Positions 27,411 through 44,124 of a stretch of 64,000 bases of DNA are shown here, piece by piece. Within the stretch, counting starts at the first letter, position 1, and each line of letters starts with the position of its first letter. The translations under genes were made by a program, and so were the position numbers. Under the pieces are notes generated by a model. It saw nothing but the letters and a program-made list of their open reading frames with translations. It ran no database searches and was not told the origin of the DNA. Source of the DNA: Eledone cirrhosa (lineage: Eukaryota); NCBI GenBank assembly GCA_964016885.1, contig OZ024745.1, forward strand, positions 12,710,001 through 12,774,000. Reading direction: 5' to 3'.

Positions 27411-28181
27411 AGAGAAGTGGTGAAAAATACCACACCCTGAATATTTCCAGGCTTCCTATCTTTTTTAAGTAATACATACATGGTGGCTGCCAACTCGTTT
27501 TCGAGTACGGCCACTACTTTATATCCATGTAGGAGAACCCCTACCGATGCGCTGAACGAGTGTGACTTTTTAGTCCAGCCAGCGACTTGAAAACTCTGGT
27601 ACAAACACTACACTTGTGACAATTATTGACACATAGAGCTAGGCCCATGGTACCATGTGACGACAAGTTCAGAGAGATCTCCAGATATAAAGCAATGCCT
27701 GTGCCGTGAAGCTTTTATAGTGAACAAAGGCACTGCACAAAGCCAGTCCCACTCTCTTAACCAAGATGATATTTACCAAAAAGAAGAACACGTCAACATC
27801 ATTGGATACTATCAGGGTTGCAGGTGTTATATCAGAGTTTTCCTTCTCTTAGAATTCTGCCTTGACAAAGGCTAAGGGGTCATCTCTCCCGGTGATTTAG
27901 GATGGCCATTGACTCTTAAGAGCTCCTTTTCCCTTTGACAGGTTTTGTTTTTAGTCCTGCAGGATGTCCAAAGTCACCCTCCTCACCAAGAAACCTTGGT
28001 AGGGTTGCCAGTTTAGTCGCCAACAACCCGACCATAAGACAGGTTGTACTGGGATACATGTTACCAGTAACAACCCAACCATAAGACAGGTTGTACTGGG
28101 ATACATGTTACCAGTAGCACCAACTGGTGACCTGACATACATACATACATACATACATACATACATACATACATACATACA

Positions 28182-28212
<31 letters not shown>

Positions 28213-28231
28213 GTGTGTGTGTATATGTATG

Positions 28232-28293
<62 letters not shown>

Positions 28294-28477
28294 CTCTACG
28301 GTTCTTATATATTTGATATATATTTATCCTTGCCATTCTGAGTTCAAATCCCGCAAAGGTTAACTTTGCCTTTCATCCTTACGGGGTCGATAAAATAAAG
28401 TACCAGTAATGTACTGGGTAATTGCTGGTCTTGTGCCAAAAGTAGAAACAATTATTATATATATATATATAATAATA

Positions 28478-28519
<42 letters not shown>

Positions 28520-29406
28520 CACACACACTCACACACAAATAACATACATACACATATGTATGTATATTATTGAACCCTGAACGTTTCTTATCTTTTTTAA
28601 GTAATACATACATACATATATTATATATATGTATATATACACACACACACATAAGTGGTGAAACATACCACACCCAGAACATTTCAAGGCTTCCTATCTT
28701 TTTAAAGTAATATATACCTATATATATATTATTTCAGAGTAAAAAACAATTTATTCAAATTAATTTATAATTTCCATACCTGTCGGGACTCAGGAAATAG
28801 TGAAATATTTTTTTGCAAATTTCAGTTAAGTGAAAGAAATATTTTGTTTATATAAATATATATGTATATACATAATAAAGTAAAAGGTCTGTACAAGTTT
28901 TTGTTTTCTCAGCGAAATAGTTTACTTTTCTAACGAAACAAATTTCAGTTTTCGAAAGTTAAACAACGCCATTACAACCAGCCAACGTTTTGTTACTATG
29001 TTAGTTGCATTCCAACCAGTCTAACGCTTTGTGTTGTTGCTATTATCAACGATCTTTCTTAGTTAAAATAAACGGTTTAAAATATATAGAAGACATTTTA
29101 TTTCTTATATCACTTTTTACTTCTGGAATTAGTCTTACTATTCGAGCGGAGAATTACTTCAAATTCTGTTCAACATCTCAGCTTCTTTTCTTCGGTTTCT
29201 TGGGACTGTTTTTCAATCAAACCTACCCCAAGTCTCACACACACACATATATAAAATCCAAAGCGGGCTCGATAAGGATAAATATTAAGAACCCTAGAGC
29301 AAATATTTATATATAAAAGCAGATTAAAGTTTTGTCATACCGGTAACCGGATAGTACTTACTACCCGTCATATTTATAGTTGTATTAAACAGATATAAAT
29401 AAATAA

Positions 29407-29609
<203 letters not shown>

Positions 29610-30976
29610 ATCGTTGCTTTCACCCTTTGTTATTTTAATAAATATATTTTTCAATGACAAATATAACAAACTAGTGAATATCATAAACATGCATTTATTC
29701 ATCAATATACACAAAAGATTTTCGTAACATTATTCATTCCATTAACAAACATTTTGCTGCTGAATTAGAATCATTCATTCTTTACAGAATCTGAAAGAAA
29801 AAAAAATGAGTTGTATTTTTCATCTGGACATCGGCAAATATGAGCTAGAAAAAATCTATTTCCAACACATATTCACCGATGTCTAGATTAATAATATGTG
29901 TGTATGTATGCATGTGTGTGCGTTTCGTATCGAAGGCCTTCACTCCCGAGGGGAGCCATTGTGTATTGGTGTTCACCATTCTTCTCCAGTTTTCGAATTT
30001 TTTTGGTATCGAGAGTAAATCTCTTGTCTTCTCGGAAGCCCCAGGTTTCCCTGCCCTGGAAGAGCCTGGTCAAGAGTTCATACAGCGCGTGCGGCTGTAC
30101 CGTACACCTTGCAACTAGGTTACAGGGGGTGTTTAAGAACCCAAGACTACCTGGTAAACGTCGAAAACAAGGTGAAGATGACTGCTACTTCACACTAGTC
30201 TTCAAGACGGACTCAACTACAAACCATATCGGGTTACCCGTGGCAGTAGACTGATTAATTATTTCAAATCACATCTATTTATAACCTTCTATAGATGTTA
30301 TAAGCATTATGACGTCATAATGACAATATGGAGGAATTTTAAATGTTAAGTTTTCAATTTTTTTTCTTCTTCTTTTTTTGCAAAAAAACAAAATATTTAT
30401 TTATGAATAACTAATCCCCCCCATCCCCTCCCCATTCTTCTTTGACACTAGGGTCCTTCCCATTCCCCACCCCCTTTCCGTATTTTCTCTCGTTTTTTCT
30501 TAATATTTTCCTATTTTACATTGCATTAATAAAGGAAAGAGCAATAAATAAATAAATAAATAAATAAAAGGGAAAGAAAAAGGCTATGTGGTGAGGATGA
30601 AACCCTGTACGTATGGCCGGGTGGCATATCTCAGCTGTGTCTAGCAGACAAGATGGCGAGAATATTGCCACAATGAACAATTGACGATACCCATCAGTCC
30701 TTTTAACTGGAGGACTCCTTTCTCAGCTTTTGATGCTTTCGTCCCGATTTGACAGACGAAAACAACATTCCGGGTATTAACAGACAAAATGTTTAAACGT
30801 CGACTGACAAAAAAAGGGATCAGTCAATTTATGTCTTGTATTTGTTCATTTTCCACTCCCTTACATTGTAAGAGTTAGATTTGACAAAATTTCAGATTTA
30901 AATCAGGGGTTTGGAATTCAAGGATTCAAAGGTCCATTACGCCCTGAGGAAGGTGTGTGTGTGTGTGTGTGTGTGT

Positions 30977-31026
<50 letters not shown>

Positions 31027-31409
31027 CAGCTCACATCTATGCATGTTTAGCTGGCCTCCTCCAAGGTATATCTCGTTGGAGGTGTCTTGGGTAATTTAAT
31101 GATAGTGACCCCAGTCCTATCATCTCATTTCTACAGCTGAATAAACTGGAGCAACGTGAAAAAAAGTGTCTTGCTCAAGGAAACAACACATCACCCGGTC
31201 CGAGAATTGAAGCATGGCGTCCGACCTCTACCGATACAGCAAATTTCCACCATTAATAATGATAATCTACAATACAGCTGAAAATCCCCCGGAACAGACG
31301 AGTGACTGGTTAGTTCGTTATCATCGACACCGAGATCGCCCCACCCTCGAGAACGTCGTCGTACTTGTGCACCACCAATCCTCTATAGAACTCTAATGTA
31401 GAATGTCCA

Positions 31410-32257
31410 TTGACCGCAATGCCCAATTAGTAGACGGCTGTGTGCGCCTGACAAAATTCCTGATAGCAGGCACCCAATCTTGGTCTTTGCTTGATCTACG
31501 ATTGCATCTCAGTGAAAGAGACAAGCTAGGGAAATAGGTGCTTTACATACGACGACCACACCTGTTAACCGGTCAGGCGGTAGGTAGTAGGTGACAGATG
31601 CGATGTACGTATTCGCCATCTGTGGCCGACCTTTCAGAGATAGCTTTCTCACGGCCCAATTTTGGATGCGAGTGGTCACTCTGCTTGTTACCTCCAAGTT
31701 TCTATTCATTTGGAGGTCTGGATCAAACTAGACCCCGAACAATTTAACCGGCCCACCAGTCCATCGCCTGACAACGCTGTTGGAATGTATAGATTCGTTT
31801 CTCCAGGTACTGAGTCGCAGGCACCGATTTTCCCTAGTGCAATTTCATCCCTGTTAACGTTTCATATACCCTGAGAGCGTTGCTCATCACCTCACTGTAG
31901 TTGGTGTTCGACACCACTTTGTTGACGTCGTAGGTATATGCTGACACGGAGCTCCCACAACTTAGTTCCCACAAGCTGCCTCTCAACGTCTCCAGTGTGT
32001 ATAGTAGTGGTTCGAGAGCCAGCACATACAACAGGGACGAAAGGCAACAAACTTGGCGGACTAAGCGCATGATATTGAGCTCTGACCTCAGAGTAAATGT
32101 TGCTGTGCATATACGATATATCTCGTTCAGCCTCTCTCTGGCTCTCTTTCCCTCTCTCACTATATATAGTCATTACGACAGCGGAGGTCCGACGAGCTTT
32201 TGATTCCAGAGTCTGGCCAAATCGATACAGATCGAACCTTGAGCTGATCAATAGCGA
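31410..32257 (-). mobile_element. Decayed L1/Tx1-like RT fragment (duplicate)
   Basis: Matches 14090-14933. Confidence 0.75.
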
Positions 32258-32965
32258 ATTAATATAAATATGTATATAGTTTAATTATATACTAGTGGTG
32301 TTAGACATGGCCTGGGCCAATACTGGCCGAAACCTATCAAAGTTATTAAAGTTATCAAAATTATATTTATTTATGCATAACAGTTTTTATTAGGAATTCG
32401 AATATAAATTCAATTTAGTTATAAATGAAAACATATTCTGCTAATTTTTGCGAACATAGAAAAAAAATGAAGCAAAACAAAAGAAAAAGAAAACAAAGAT
32501 TGCTTTGGTTTGTAACACATCTAATAGGATCTGGTAAATCGATGGAAAATTGGCTGCTATTTCTAGCAAATAGAGCCACTACCCAAAGTGATGGTCATGA
32601 GCCCGCAGAGACTATCTTATCTATATGCATACAATCAATGACATTCATGTGTTTATATGGGTATCTGAGACTACATTGTTTAATGTGTGTCCTTCGTTGT
32701 TTGAAAACATAGCAGGAGGTAAATTTGGCTGCTACTTTTAGCAAAACCATAAACATTCATGTCAGCAAAAAACAAAAAAAAAAAAACTTCTTTTTCAAGG
32801 GATGAACATTTTCAGAAAAATTAGAAAACCTTTTCGGAGAATGCTAATTACTTGCCGTCGCTAATTTACCAACTGATTCTATTTTATTGCATTTTTTTAT
32901 GTAAAATCTTTGAAGTTTTAGTTTTATCATTGTTGCTGGGGGTTGTTTAAGACTACACCCCTATA

Positions 32966-33061
<96 letters not shown>

Positions 33062-33140
33062 AAGGCGGGTAAAATTCCCGAGATCCATGGACGAGTTCTC
33101 TCCAGCGGTCTCTGTCCCTCATTATCGCTGCCATGTCCTG

Positions 33141-33790
33141 CTAATTCTGGACTAAATGAAAATTTTTATCCTGGTATATGAATAGCCGAGCTTCTCAGGG
33201 GGTAATTCCATATATGGTAAAAGTGATTGTCACAAGGATTTGTCAAAAGTTTGTTGTTGAGACACATAATTCTATCATGGCAATTTGTGGAAGGAAGGAG
33301 TAACTGAACCTGCCAGTAGAAGAAAGAGGAAGAGGGGGTGGAGGAAACCCAGTCGTGCGTTGATAGTGCCAACTACAGCAGGGCAGGAGGTCAAGCAAGT
33401 ATACTAGGGAAGGGGAGGGGGAGGAAGTCGCAACAATAACTAAATCAATATGGAGTAAATATATAGAAGAATACCAAGAATGTTAAAAATATAAAAAAAC
33501 AATTTCTGGTTACTATTCCCTAACGACAGTCATCAAGTCTCTCACTGGTACTGCTAAACTATAGAAACGTTTACTAGGTGGGACGGAATTGTTATGAGAC
33601 CATTTTAAGAGTTAGTAGTAATCAACCGAGTATATCTTACGGTGACAGGTCAACAAGTGTGGGGGAGGGGGGGGGGGGCAAGATACTAAAGAAACTACCA
33701 CGAAATAATAATTCAGAGTCCCGAAACTAATACGAAATAATTGTTTCTTACCCTAGGCACAAGGCCAGCAACCACCCAGTGCAAAAAATA
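33141..33790 (-). mobile_element. Diverged relative of fold-back family B (single arm plus spacer)
   Basis: Aligns by eye to 15975-16612; has ACCCC-CTGAGAAG on the minus strand but is truncated before GAAA. Confidence 0.7.
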
Positions 33791-34002
33791 AACTAATACG
33801 AAATAATAATTCAGAATCCCGAAAATGAATACGAATACTATCTCTAAGGGTGCCGCTACGATACAAAAATTCTAGTGCAAACTACATAAATGCTCGTACG
33901 AGGTATATGAAAAATTTGATACGGAAAATGAATACGATATATATATATATGTCTCTCCACCACTCCCCTACACACCTTTTGAACTCTGTTCCCACACACT
34001 TC

Positions 34003-34036
34003 TCACCTGAGGAAGGGCTTATGCCCGAAACGTCGT
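34003..34036 (+). ncRNA. Minimal hammerhead motif, family C
   Basis: CTGAGGA-A-GGGC-TTAT-GCCC-GAAA-CGTC, with weak stem I; lies in a ~155 bp element between (TA)n tracts, with AATAAA downstream. Confidence 0.65.
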
Positions 34037-34123
34037 CCCCCACCTACCCCCCACTCTCCTGAGCGTGAATTTAATAAACATTTATTGTACTACCTCTCTG
34101 TTCTGTCCCTGTTCAAATTTTTC

Positions 34124-34194
<71 letters not shown>

Positions 34195-34411
34195 TTTCTG
34201 AATTTGTTTAGCAAGATTCTTTATCTGAAATCGTGTGTTGAAACCGATATTGTTATACTTTGGGAGGGTCATGTTGCCAATAAGAAACACACGCACCAGT
34301 TGCTTCACTTCAATTTATTATATATTTATAAATTTATAAATTTACAAATCTACAAACTTATAAATTTCTGGTTGGTTGGTTGGTTCTACAACCAGATAGT
34401 TGTTTATATAT

Positions 34412-34456
34412 AGTCATAGTCCTTTCGTCACACACTCTGTGACCTCTTCAGTGACT
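34412..34456 (-). ncRNA. Hammerhead ribozyme, family D (mirror copy)
   Basis: Exact reverse complement of 34651-34695. Confidence 0.78.
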
Positions 34457-34650
34457 GGGGATTCCTTTCTTCGTTTCTGTGCCTTTCCTTTCTTCTATCC
34501 TACGCCATTTTGTTTCTGTGTGTTGAACACAAACACACACAGACACCCGGATGTGGCGCATGCGCAAACTGAGCACACAACACACACACAGAAACAAAAT
34601 GGCGTAGGATAGAAGAAAGGAAAGGCACAGAAACGAAGAAAGGAATCCCC

Positions 34651-34695
34651 AGTCACTGAAGAGGTCACAGAGTGTGTGACGAAAGGACTATGACT
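34651..34695 (+). ncRNA. Type I hammerhead ribozyme, family D
   Basis: Stem I AGTCA/TGACT; core CTGAAGA; stem II GTCACA/TGTGAC; GAAA; minimal stem III (A-GGAC-T); CUA site. Confidence 0.8.
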
Positions 34696-34852
34696 ATATA
34701 TAAACAACTATCTGGTTGTAGAACCAACCAACCAACCAGAAATTTATAAGTTTGTAGATTTGTAAATTTATAAATTTATAAATATATAATAAATTGAAGT
34801 GAAGCAACTGGTGCGTGTGTTTCTTATTGGCAACATGACCCTCCCAAAGTAT

Positions 34853-35853
<1,001 letters not shown>

Positions 35854-36259
35854 AATCGTTGCTTTCACCCTTTGTTATTTTAATAAATATATTTTTCAAT
35901 GACAAGAAATTTGAAATGTAAGTATCCCAACGCAAATGACCGTAATAACAGTCACTCACTATAATAGTTGAGAAAATCGAATAAAATACCGCCAGAGAGG
36001 GGGGGGGGGGGGAAGGGCCATGATACCACTGAGGAAGTCAACATATCAAACATATCGGTAATTCATCTGAGGATACCGTCCTCATAATCAACAGCAAATG
36101 CATGAAGGACATCTCGATTGCATGGAGAACCGTGGAAATAATTATTATGATTAAACGATATATGTAGCCTCAGCATCTTATTTTGTTATTTATATATATG
36201 TTGATAAGTAGAAGAGAAGACAATACTCTGATTCCATCGGGGAAATAGCCATGTTCGAT

Positions 36260-36620
36260 ATGTAGGAAAGGAACTGGCATAAATTCCATAAAATGTACGC
36301 AATGCAGATCTTGGGTACACAAGATATGTAGTGGGATAGCAGGCAAACTAACAGGTAGGGAAAACTACGTATGCAGCAGATGTACAGGGAAAGTTGACTA
36401 GTAATCGCAGTGATAGACACATTTTTCCAATGCATGTGGGTTCTATAGAAGTGGTTGATAGCCTCCGGTACCTAGGAGGTGGTGAGAGCAGACCATGTGA
36501 TCGCTGAAACTCACTGAGGAGATGACGAAGGACCGTGACAAGTGGAGAGTTGCTGTGCTGAATAGGACCCGTCCAACCCTTGCAAGCAGGGAAGAGCGGA
36601 CGTAAAATGATGATGATGAT
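36260..36620 (+). mobile_element. Internally deleted RTE remnant with (GAT)n tail
   Basis: 36260-36478 resembles 4280-4500 and then jumps to the 3' end, which matches 4985-5120. Confidence 0.7.
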
Positions 36621-37031
36621 AGCGAGAGACTCCTAGTCTTCACTAAGTCATCTCTCTAGGAGAAGGTCACTCTGACATAAAACCTGCGACATCGTTTGCA
36701 TCCAATGATATAGACCAGTTCTTTTTGGGCAAATGCATTCGATGTTCAGAGAGTGAGATAGGCCCCATGCAAAGCCTTCCCTCACTTAAAAAAGCTTCAA
36801 GCAAAGGCATCGGTTGATATGTGGCATTTTTTGCGATGCCTGGTATTGCTGGCTATAGGTAAGTCGCTAGCATGACTAAAAGACCACGCTCGTGATGCTC
36901 ATACTTAAATATCAAGCGATGGTATTACTCGAAATCAAGTTGCAGCCATCATCATGTATGTATGTATAATTCATGCTGGAATCGTAGAGTCTAAGCACAG
37001 CCGATTTCTTCCAGAGAGAGAGATAGCGAGA

Positions 37032-37128
<97 letters not shown>

Positions 37129-37287
37129 ATTTTCTGTCAACCCCGAAAGAGTAAAAAGCAAAGATGAAGTAGGCTGGATTTGAACGTAGAGGGCAGAATA
37201 TAGGAACGAATACCGCGACGTAACGATCTTGTCGATTCGCTGTTTATTTAGATACGTAGTTGACTCTATATGTTTGTAAGGCACAAG

Positions 37288-40200
37288 GCTTCCAGGGAAG
37301 TAACTCTTAGCTTTATAATGCTATACCATGAAATGTTAAAACATTTATTGAAGAGTGGTTTCCCTTGGAAGTCAACGCCTGTGATATGAATGACGCTATT
37401 CTAACCAGTAACACCACTACCACCATCATCACAACCATAGCTACCACAAACACAACTACCACCACCACCACCACACACCTCCACAATAACAACAACCACT
37501 GTGTCAAGCACCACAATAAATACCACAACAAATAGCATCCCCATATACACACCATCACCACCACAACCAACGTCATCACCATAGCAACAACTTCCACCAC
37601 TAAACACCACTGTGTCAACCACCACAATAACCATCACAACGATCATCATCCCCATCACACACATACATCACTACCACCATCGCAACTACAACAACAACCG
37701 CCACCACCAACCACTACCACAGCCTCTACCATATCGACAGCACCCCCACTACCACCATCACAACAGTCAGCACCATCACCATCACTAACACTATCATAAC
37801 GACCACTACCCCAACCACTACCTGCACCACCACCACCACCACTACCACCACAGCCACTACCACAACAATCAGCACTACCACCATTACTACCATTACAACC
37901 ATCAGCACTACCACCACCACCACCACCACAATTACCATACCACCACAACCACTACCATAACAATCAGCACTACCACCATTACTACCATCACAACCATCAG
38001 CACCAGCACCACCACAACCACCACTACCACCACAACCACTACCACAACAGTCAGCACTACCACCATTACTACCATCACAACCATCAGCACCACCACAACC
38101 ACCACTACCACCACAACCACTACCACAACATTGAGCACTACCACCATTACTACCATCACAACCATCAGCACCACCACCACCATCACCATCACCACTACCA
38201 CCACAACCACTACCACAACAATCAGCACTACCACCATTACTACCATCACAACCATCAGCACCACCACCACCACCAGCACTACCACCACAGCCACTACCAC
38301 AACAATCAGCACTACCACCACAACCACTACCACAACTATCAGCACTACCACCATTACTACCAACACAATCATCAGGACCAGCACCAGCACCAGCACCACT
38401 ACCACCACAATCACTACCACAACAATCAGCACTACCACCATTACTACCATCACAACCATCAGCACCAGCACCACCACCACAACCACTACCACCACAACCA
38501 CTACCACAACAATCAGCACTACCACCATTACTACCATCACAACCATCAGCACCAGCACCACCACTATCACCACTACCACCACAACCACTACCACAACTAT
38601 CAGCACTACCACCATTACTACCAACACAACCATCAGCACCACCACCACTACCACCACCACCACTACCACCACAACCACTACCACAACAATCAGCACTACC
38701 ACCATTACTACCATTACAACCATCAGCACCACCACGACTACCACCACAACCACTACCACAACAATCAACACTATCATCATTACTACCGTCACAACAAACA
38801 GAGCACCACCACCATCACTACCACGACCAGTACCACCTCCACCACCACCATCAACACCACCAACACTACCAGTAACACAACCATCACCACCAGTACCACC
38901 AGTACCACCACCACCACCAGTACTACCATCACCACCAACACCACGACCACCACCACCACCACCACACCAGTACTACAAATACCACCATCATCACCACCAG
39001 TACCCCACCACCACCACCAGTACTACCACCACCACCAGTACCAACACCACCACCACCACCACCAATACCACCACCACCACCATCACCACCACCACCTCCA
39101 CCAACAATACCACCACCACCACCAGTACCACAACCACCACCATCACCACCACCACCAGTACTACCCCCCCCCCCCTCCCCACTAACCCCCATATCTCCAC
39201 CATCACCCCCACATCCAGTACCATCACAACCACCACCACCACCACCGCAACCACCACCACCAGTACCACCACCACCATCAACACCACCACCACCACCACC
39301 ACAACCACCACCACCACCACCACAACCACCACCACCAGTACCACCACCACCAGTACCACCACCACCATCAACACCACCACCACCACCACCAATACCACCA
39401 ACACCACCATCACCAGTACAAAGACCCCCACCAGTACCCCCCCCCACCATCACCACACCACCCGTACCTCACCACCACCGCCAACACCAATACCACCAAC
39501 ACCACCACCAGTACCCCCCCCCCCCACCATCACCACCATCACCAGTACCACCACAATCACCATCACCACTATCACAACCACCATCACCACCATCACCAGT
39601 ACCACCACCACGACCACCACCACTACCAGTACCACCACCACCACCACCAGTACTACCACCACCACTAGTACTACCATCACCACCAGTACCACCAGTACCA
39701 CCACCAGTACTACCATCACCACCACCACCATCACCAGTACCACCACCACCACCACCACCAGTACTACCACCAACACCATCATCACCACCATTTCCACCAC
39801 CACCACCAATACTACCACCACCACCAGTACCACAACTACCACCAATACCACCACCACCACCACCACCACCACCACCACCACCACACAAGTACCACCACCA
39901 CCACCATCACCACCACCACCTCCACCTCCACCACCACCACCAGTACCAATACTACCACCACCACCATCATCACCACCAGTTCCACCACCACCACCAATAC
40001 TACCACCACCACCACATCCACAACTACCACCAATACCACCACCACCACTACCACCACCACCATCACCACCATCACCACCACCACCACCACCACCACCACC
40101 ACCACCACCACCACCTGTACCAACAACAACAACAACACCATCTCCCGTCATTGTGATGAAATAGAAACCAGAGCTTAATCAAATTACTAACGTTTAAAAA

Positions 40201-40430
40201 AGAAACTTGATGTCCATAATTGGAATACTCCCCCCCCCCCTACGGTTGTGTCTGATGAAGGCTGCTGGTTAGACAACAACAACAGCCACGGTAATATCAC
40301 TAGTAGCAACCACAGCAACTATTATCATCCGCTAAGTTAATAGCAAACTTGATCTCCTCATCATCATTAACCACCTCCCCTTCCGCCTCCCCTGCCCCTC
40401 CTTCTCCTCCTCCTCCTCCTCCTCCTCCTT

Positions 40431-40466
<36 letters not shown>

Positions 40467-43447
40467 GATATAAGCGGATGCCTCTATGTCCTCGCAAGAC
40501 TTGCTAGAAACAACTGTCAAATCCCATCAACTCCCACAGTGTAGTTCGAAACATCTCTAAAAAAAATCATTAATAAATCATGAGGCAACTTCGATAACAA
40601 GAACTGGTTTTCAGTTACAATGATAACCACTGCTCACCTCAACATTGGGAGACCCCGGCATGTTGAAAAGCCCTCACACCTGATTCTAAAGAGCTCTTTG
40701 TCGTTTGTATGAAGATAGACCAAAAACTCCAAAGGTATTATATGTAAATTAAACACCCAGTCAATTTGAGGCTTCCAGGGAGGTAACTCTTGGCTTCATA
40801 ATGCTATACCATGAAATGTTAAAACATTTATTGAAGAGTGGTTTCCCTTGGAATTCAACGCCTGTGATATGAATGACGCTATTCTAACCAGTAACACCAC
40901 TACCACCATCATCACAACCATAGCTACCACAAACACAACTACCACAACCACCACCACACACCTCCACAATAACAACAACCACTGTGTCAAGCACCACAAT
41001 AAATACCACAACAAATAGCATCCCCATATACACACCATCACCACCACAACTAACGTCATCACCATAGCAACAACTTCCACCACTAAACACCACTGTGTCA
41101 ACCACCACAATAACCATCACAACGATCATCATCCCCATCACACAAGAACATCACTACCACCATCGCAACTACAACTACAACCGCCACCACCAACCACTAC
41201 CACAGCCTCTACCATATCGACAGCACCCCCACTACCACCATCACAACAGTCAGCACCATCACCATCACTAACACTATCATAACGACCACTACCCCAACCA
41301 CTACCTGCACCACCACCACCACCACTACCACCACAGCCACTACCACAACAATCAGCACTACCACCACAACCACTACCACAGCAATCAGCACTACCACAAT
41401 AACTACCATCACAACCATCAGCACCAGCACCACCACCACTACCACCACAACCACTACCACAACATTGAGCACTACCACCATTACTACCATCAGAACCATA
41501 AGCACTACCACCACCACCACTACCACCACAACCACTACCACAACAATCAGCACTACCACCATTACTACCATTACAATCATCAGCAGCAGCACCACCACCA
41601 CCACTACCACCACCACCACTACCACCACCACCACTACCACCACCACCACTACCACCACCACCACTACCACAACAATCAGCACTACCACCATTACCACCAT
41701 CACAACCATCAGCACCACCACCACCACCACTAACACCACCACCACCACCACTAACACCACCACCACCACCACCACCACTACCACCACAACCACTACCACA
41801 ACAACGAGCACTACCACCACCACCACCACCACCACCTCTACCACCACCACTACCACCACCACCTCCACTACCACCACAACCACTACCACAACAACGAGCA
41901 CTACCACCATTACTACCATCAGAACCATCAGCACTACCAGCACTACCACCACCACCACTACCACCACAATCACTACCACAACAATCAGCACTACCACCAT
42001 TACTAACATCACAACCATCAGCACCCCCACCACCACCACCACCACCACCATCAACACCACCACCACCAATACCACCAACACCATCACCACCAGTACAAAC
42101 ACCACTACCAGTACCCCCACCACCACCAGTACCACCACCACCACCACCACCACCGCCACCACCAGTACAACCAATACCACCATCACCAGTACCACCACTA
42201 CCACCAACATCACCACCACCACCAGTACCACCACCACCAATACCACTAACATCACCACCACCACCACCACCACCAGCACCACCACCACCACTACCAGTAC
42301 CACCATCACCACCACCACCACCACCACTACCAACATCACCACCACGACCATCAATAACACCACCATACCACCACCATCACCACAACCACCACCACCACCA
42401 CCACCACCACCATCACCACCACCACCACCACCACCACCACCACCACCACCATCACCACCACCACCACCACCACCAGCACCCCTCCTCCTCCTCCTCCTCC
42501 TCCTTCTTCTTCTTCTACTACTACTACTACTACTACTATTAGATATAAGGGGATGCCTCTATGTTGTCGCACGACTTGCTAGAAACAACTGTCAAATCCC
42601 ATCAACTCCCACAGTGTAGTTCGAAGCATCTCTAAAAAAATATCATTAATAAATCATGAGGCAACTTCGATAACAAGAACTGGTTTTCAGTTACAATGAT
42701 CAACTACTGCTCACCTCAACATTGGGAGACCCCCGGCATGTTGAAAAGCCCTGACACCTGATTCTAAAGAGCTCTTTGTCGTTTGTATGAAGATAGACCA
42801 AAAACTCCAAAGGTATTATATGTAAATTAAACACACGTTCAATTTGAGGCTTCCAGGGAGGTAACTCTTGGCTTCATAATGCTATACCATGAAATGTTAA
42901 AACATTTATTGAAGAGTGGTTTCCCTTGGAAGTCAACGCCTGTGATATGAATGACGCTATTCTAACCAGTAACACCACAACCACCACTACCACCACAACC
43001 ACTACCACAACAATCAGCACTACCACCATAACTACCATCACAACCATCAGCCCCACCACCACCACTACCACCACAACCACTACCACAACAATCAGCACTA
43101 CCACCATTACTACCATTACAACCATCAGCACTACCACCACTACCAGCCCACCTCTACCACCACAACCACTACCACAACAATCAGCACTACCACCATTACT
43201 ACCATCACAACCACCAGTACCACCACCACCACTACCACCAACACCACCACCAGTACCACCACCGTCAGTACCACCACTACGACCACCACCCCCACCACCA
43301 CCACCCCCAGTACCCCCACCCCCACCACCACCACCACCACTATGACCCCCCCCCCCACCACCACCACCACCACCAGTACCACCACAGCCACCACCATCAT
43401 CACCACCACCAATACCACCACCACTACCTCCACCAGTACCACCAACA
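37288..43447. repeat. Three tandem blocks, each a unique spacer plus an (ACC/ACT/ATC)n-derived minisatellite
   Basis: ggcttccaggg..gtaactctt...gacgctattctaaccagtaacaccac at ~37288, ~40770 and ~42849; a further ~300 bp unique segment at ~40465 and ~42540. Confidence 0.9.
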
Positions 43448-44124
43448 CCACCACTAGTACCACCACAATTATAAATTAAACAATTAAAAAATTAACAATT
43501 AGAAATTAAAAAATTTTTCAAGTGAGAATCCGGTTTGAGGTGAGCAAAAAAATATATAGACTGAAGTGAGTAAATAATATGGAGAGAGATGTTTAAGTAA
43601 CAAGTTCTGAGAGCGGTTCTAATGTCACAGTTACACACTAATTGTTTAATTTATAATTTCTGATATTTGATTTAGGATTTTAATTTTTATTTCCAACTCT
43701 CACTCATAACTTCCAATGTAAAACCATGATACCTAGAATTAAGTTTATTTTCTTCTTAGCAGTTGATGGTCAGTCGTACTGTCCACGCTTGGTGAGAGGT
43801 AGTATTGTGACCTGTAAAAACTAACACTCTCCCATCCCCTCTGGCTTTAAGCTGACTGCCACAGTCGGGATGGGTAGCAGTAAACTATGGTACAGGCCTA
43901 AGTGGGTCATTGTTTGGCTGAGAGGGTGAAGTGACTAAGCGAATTTCGCTGAAATCTGCGGTAACTAATGGTCAACTCCCTTCGGACATGCGCCTGCGCA
44001 GACCGGTGGGGGTGAATTGGTACTCACAGGGGAACGAATGAAGAACTCAAAAGCACACACTTCGTCCGTTCCCATGTCGATTCAATTTGGATTGCCTCGG
44101 AAACATAACCTTATTATGTAACAA

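Noticed and set aside
38131-40164. 677 aa Thr/Pro-rich ORF as a confident mucin gene
   Set aside because: TTG start, no signal peptide, frame drift, and (ACC)n rarely produces stops; kept only as a low-interest finding
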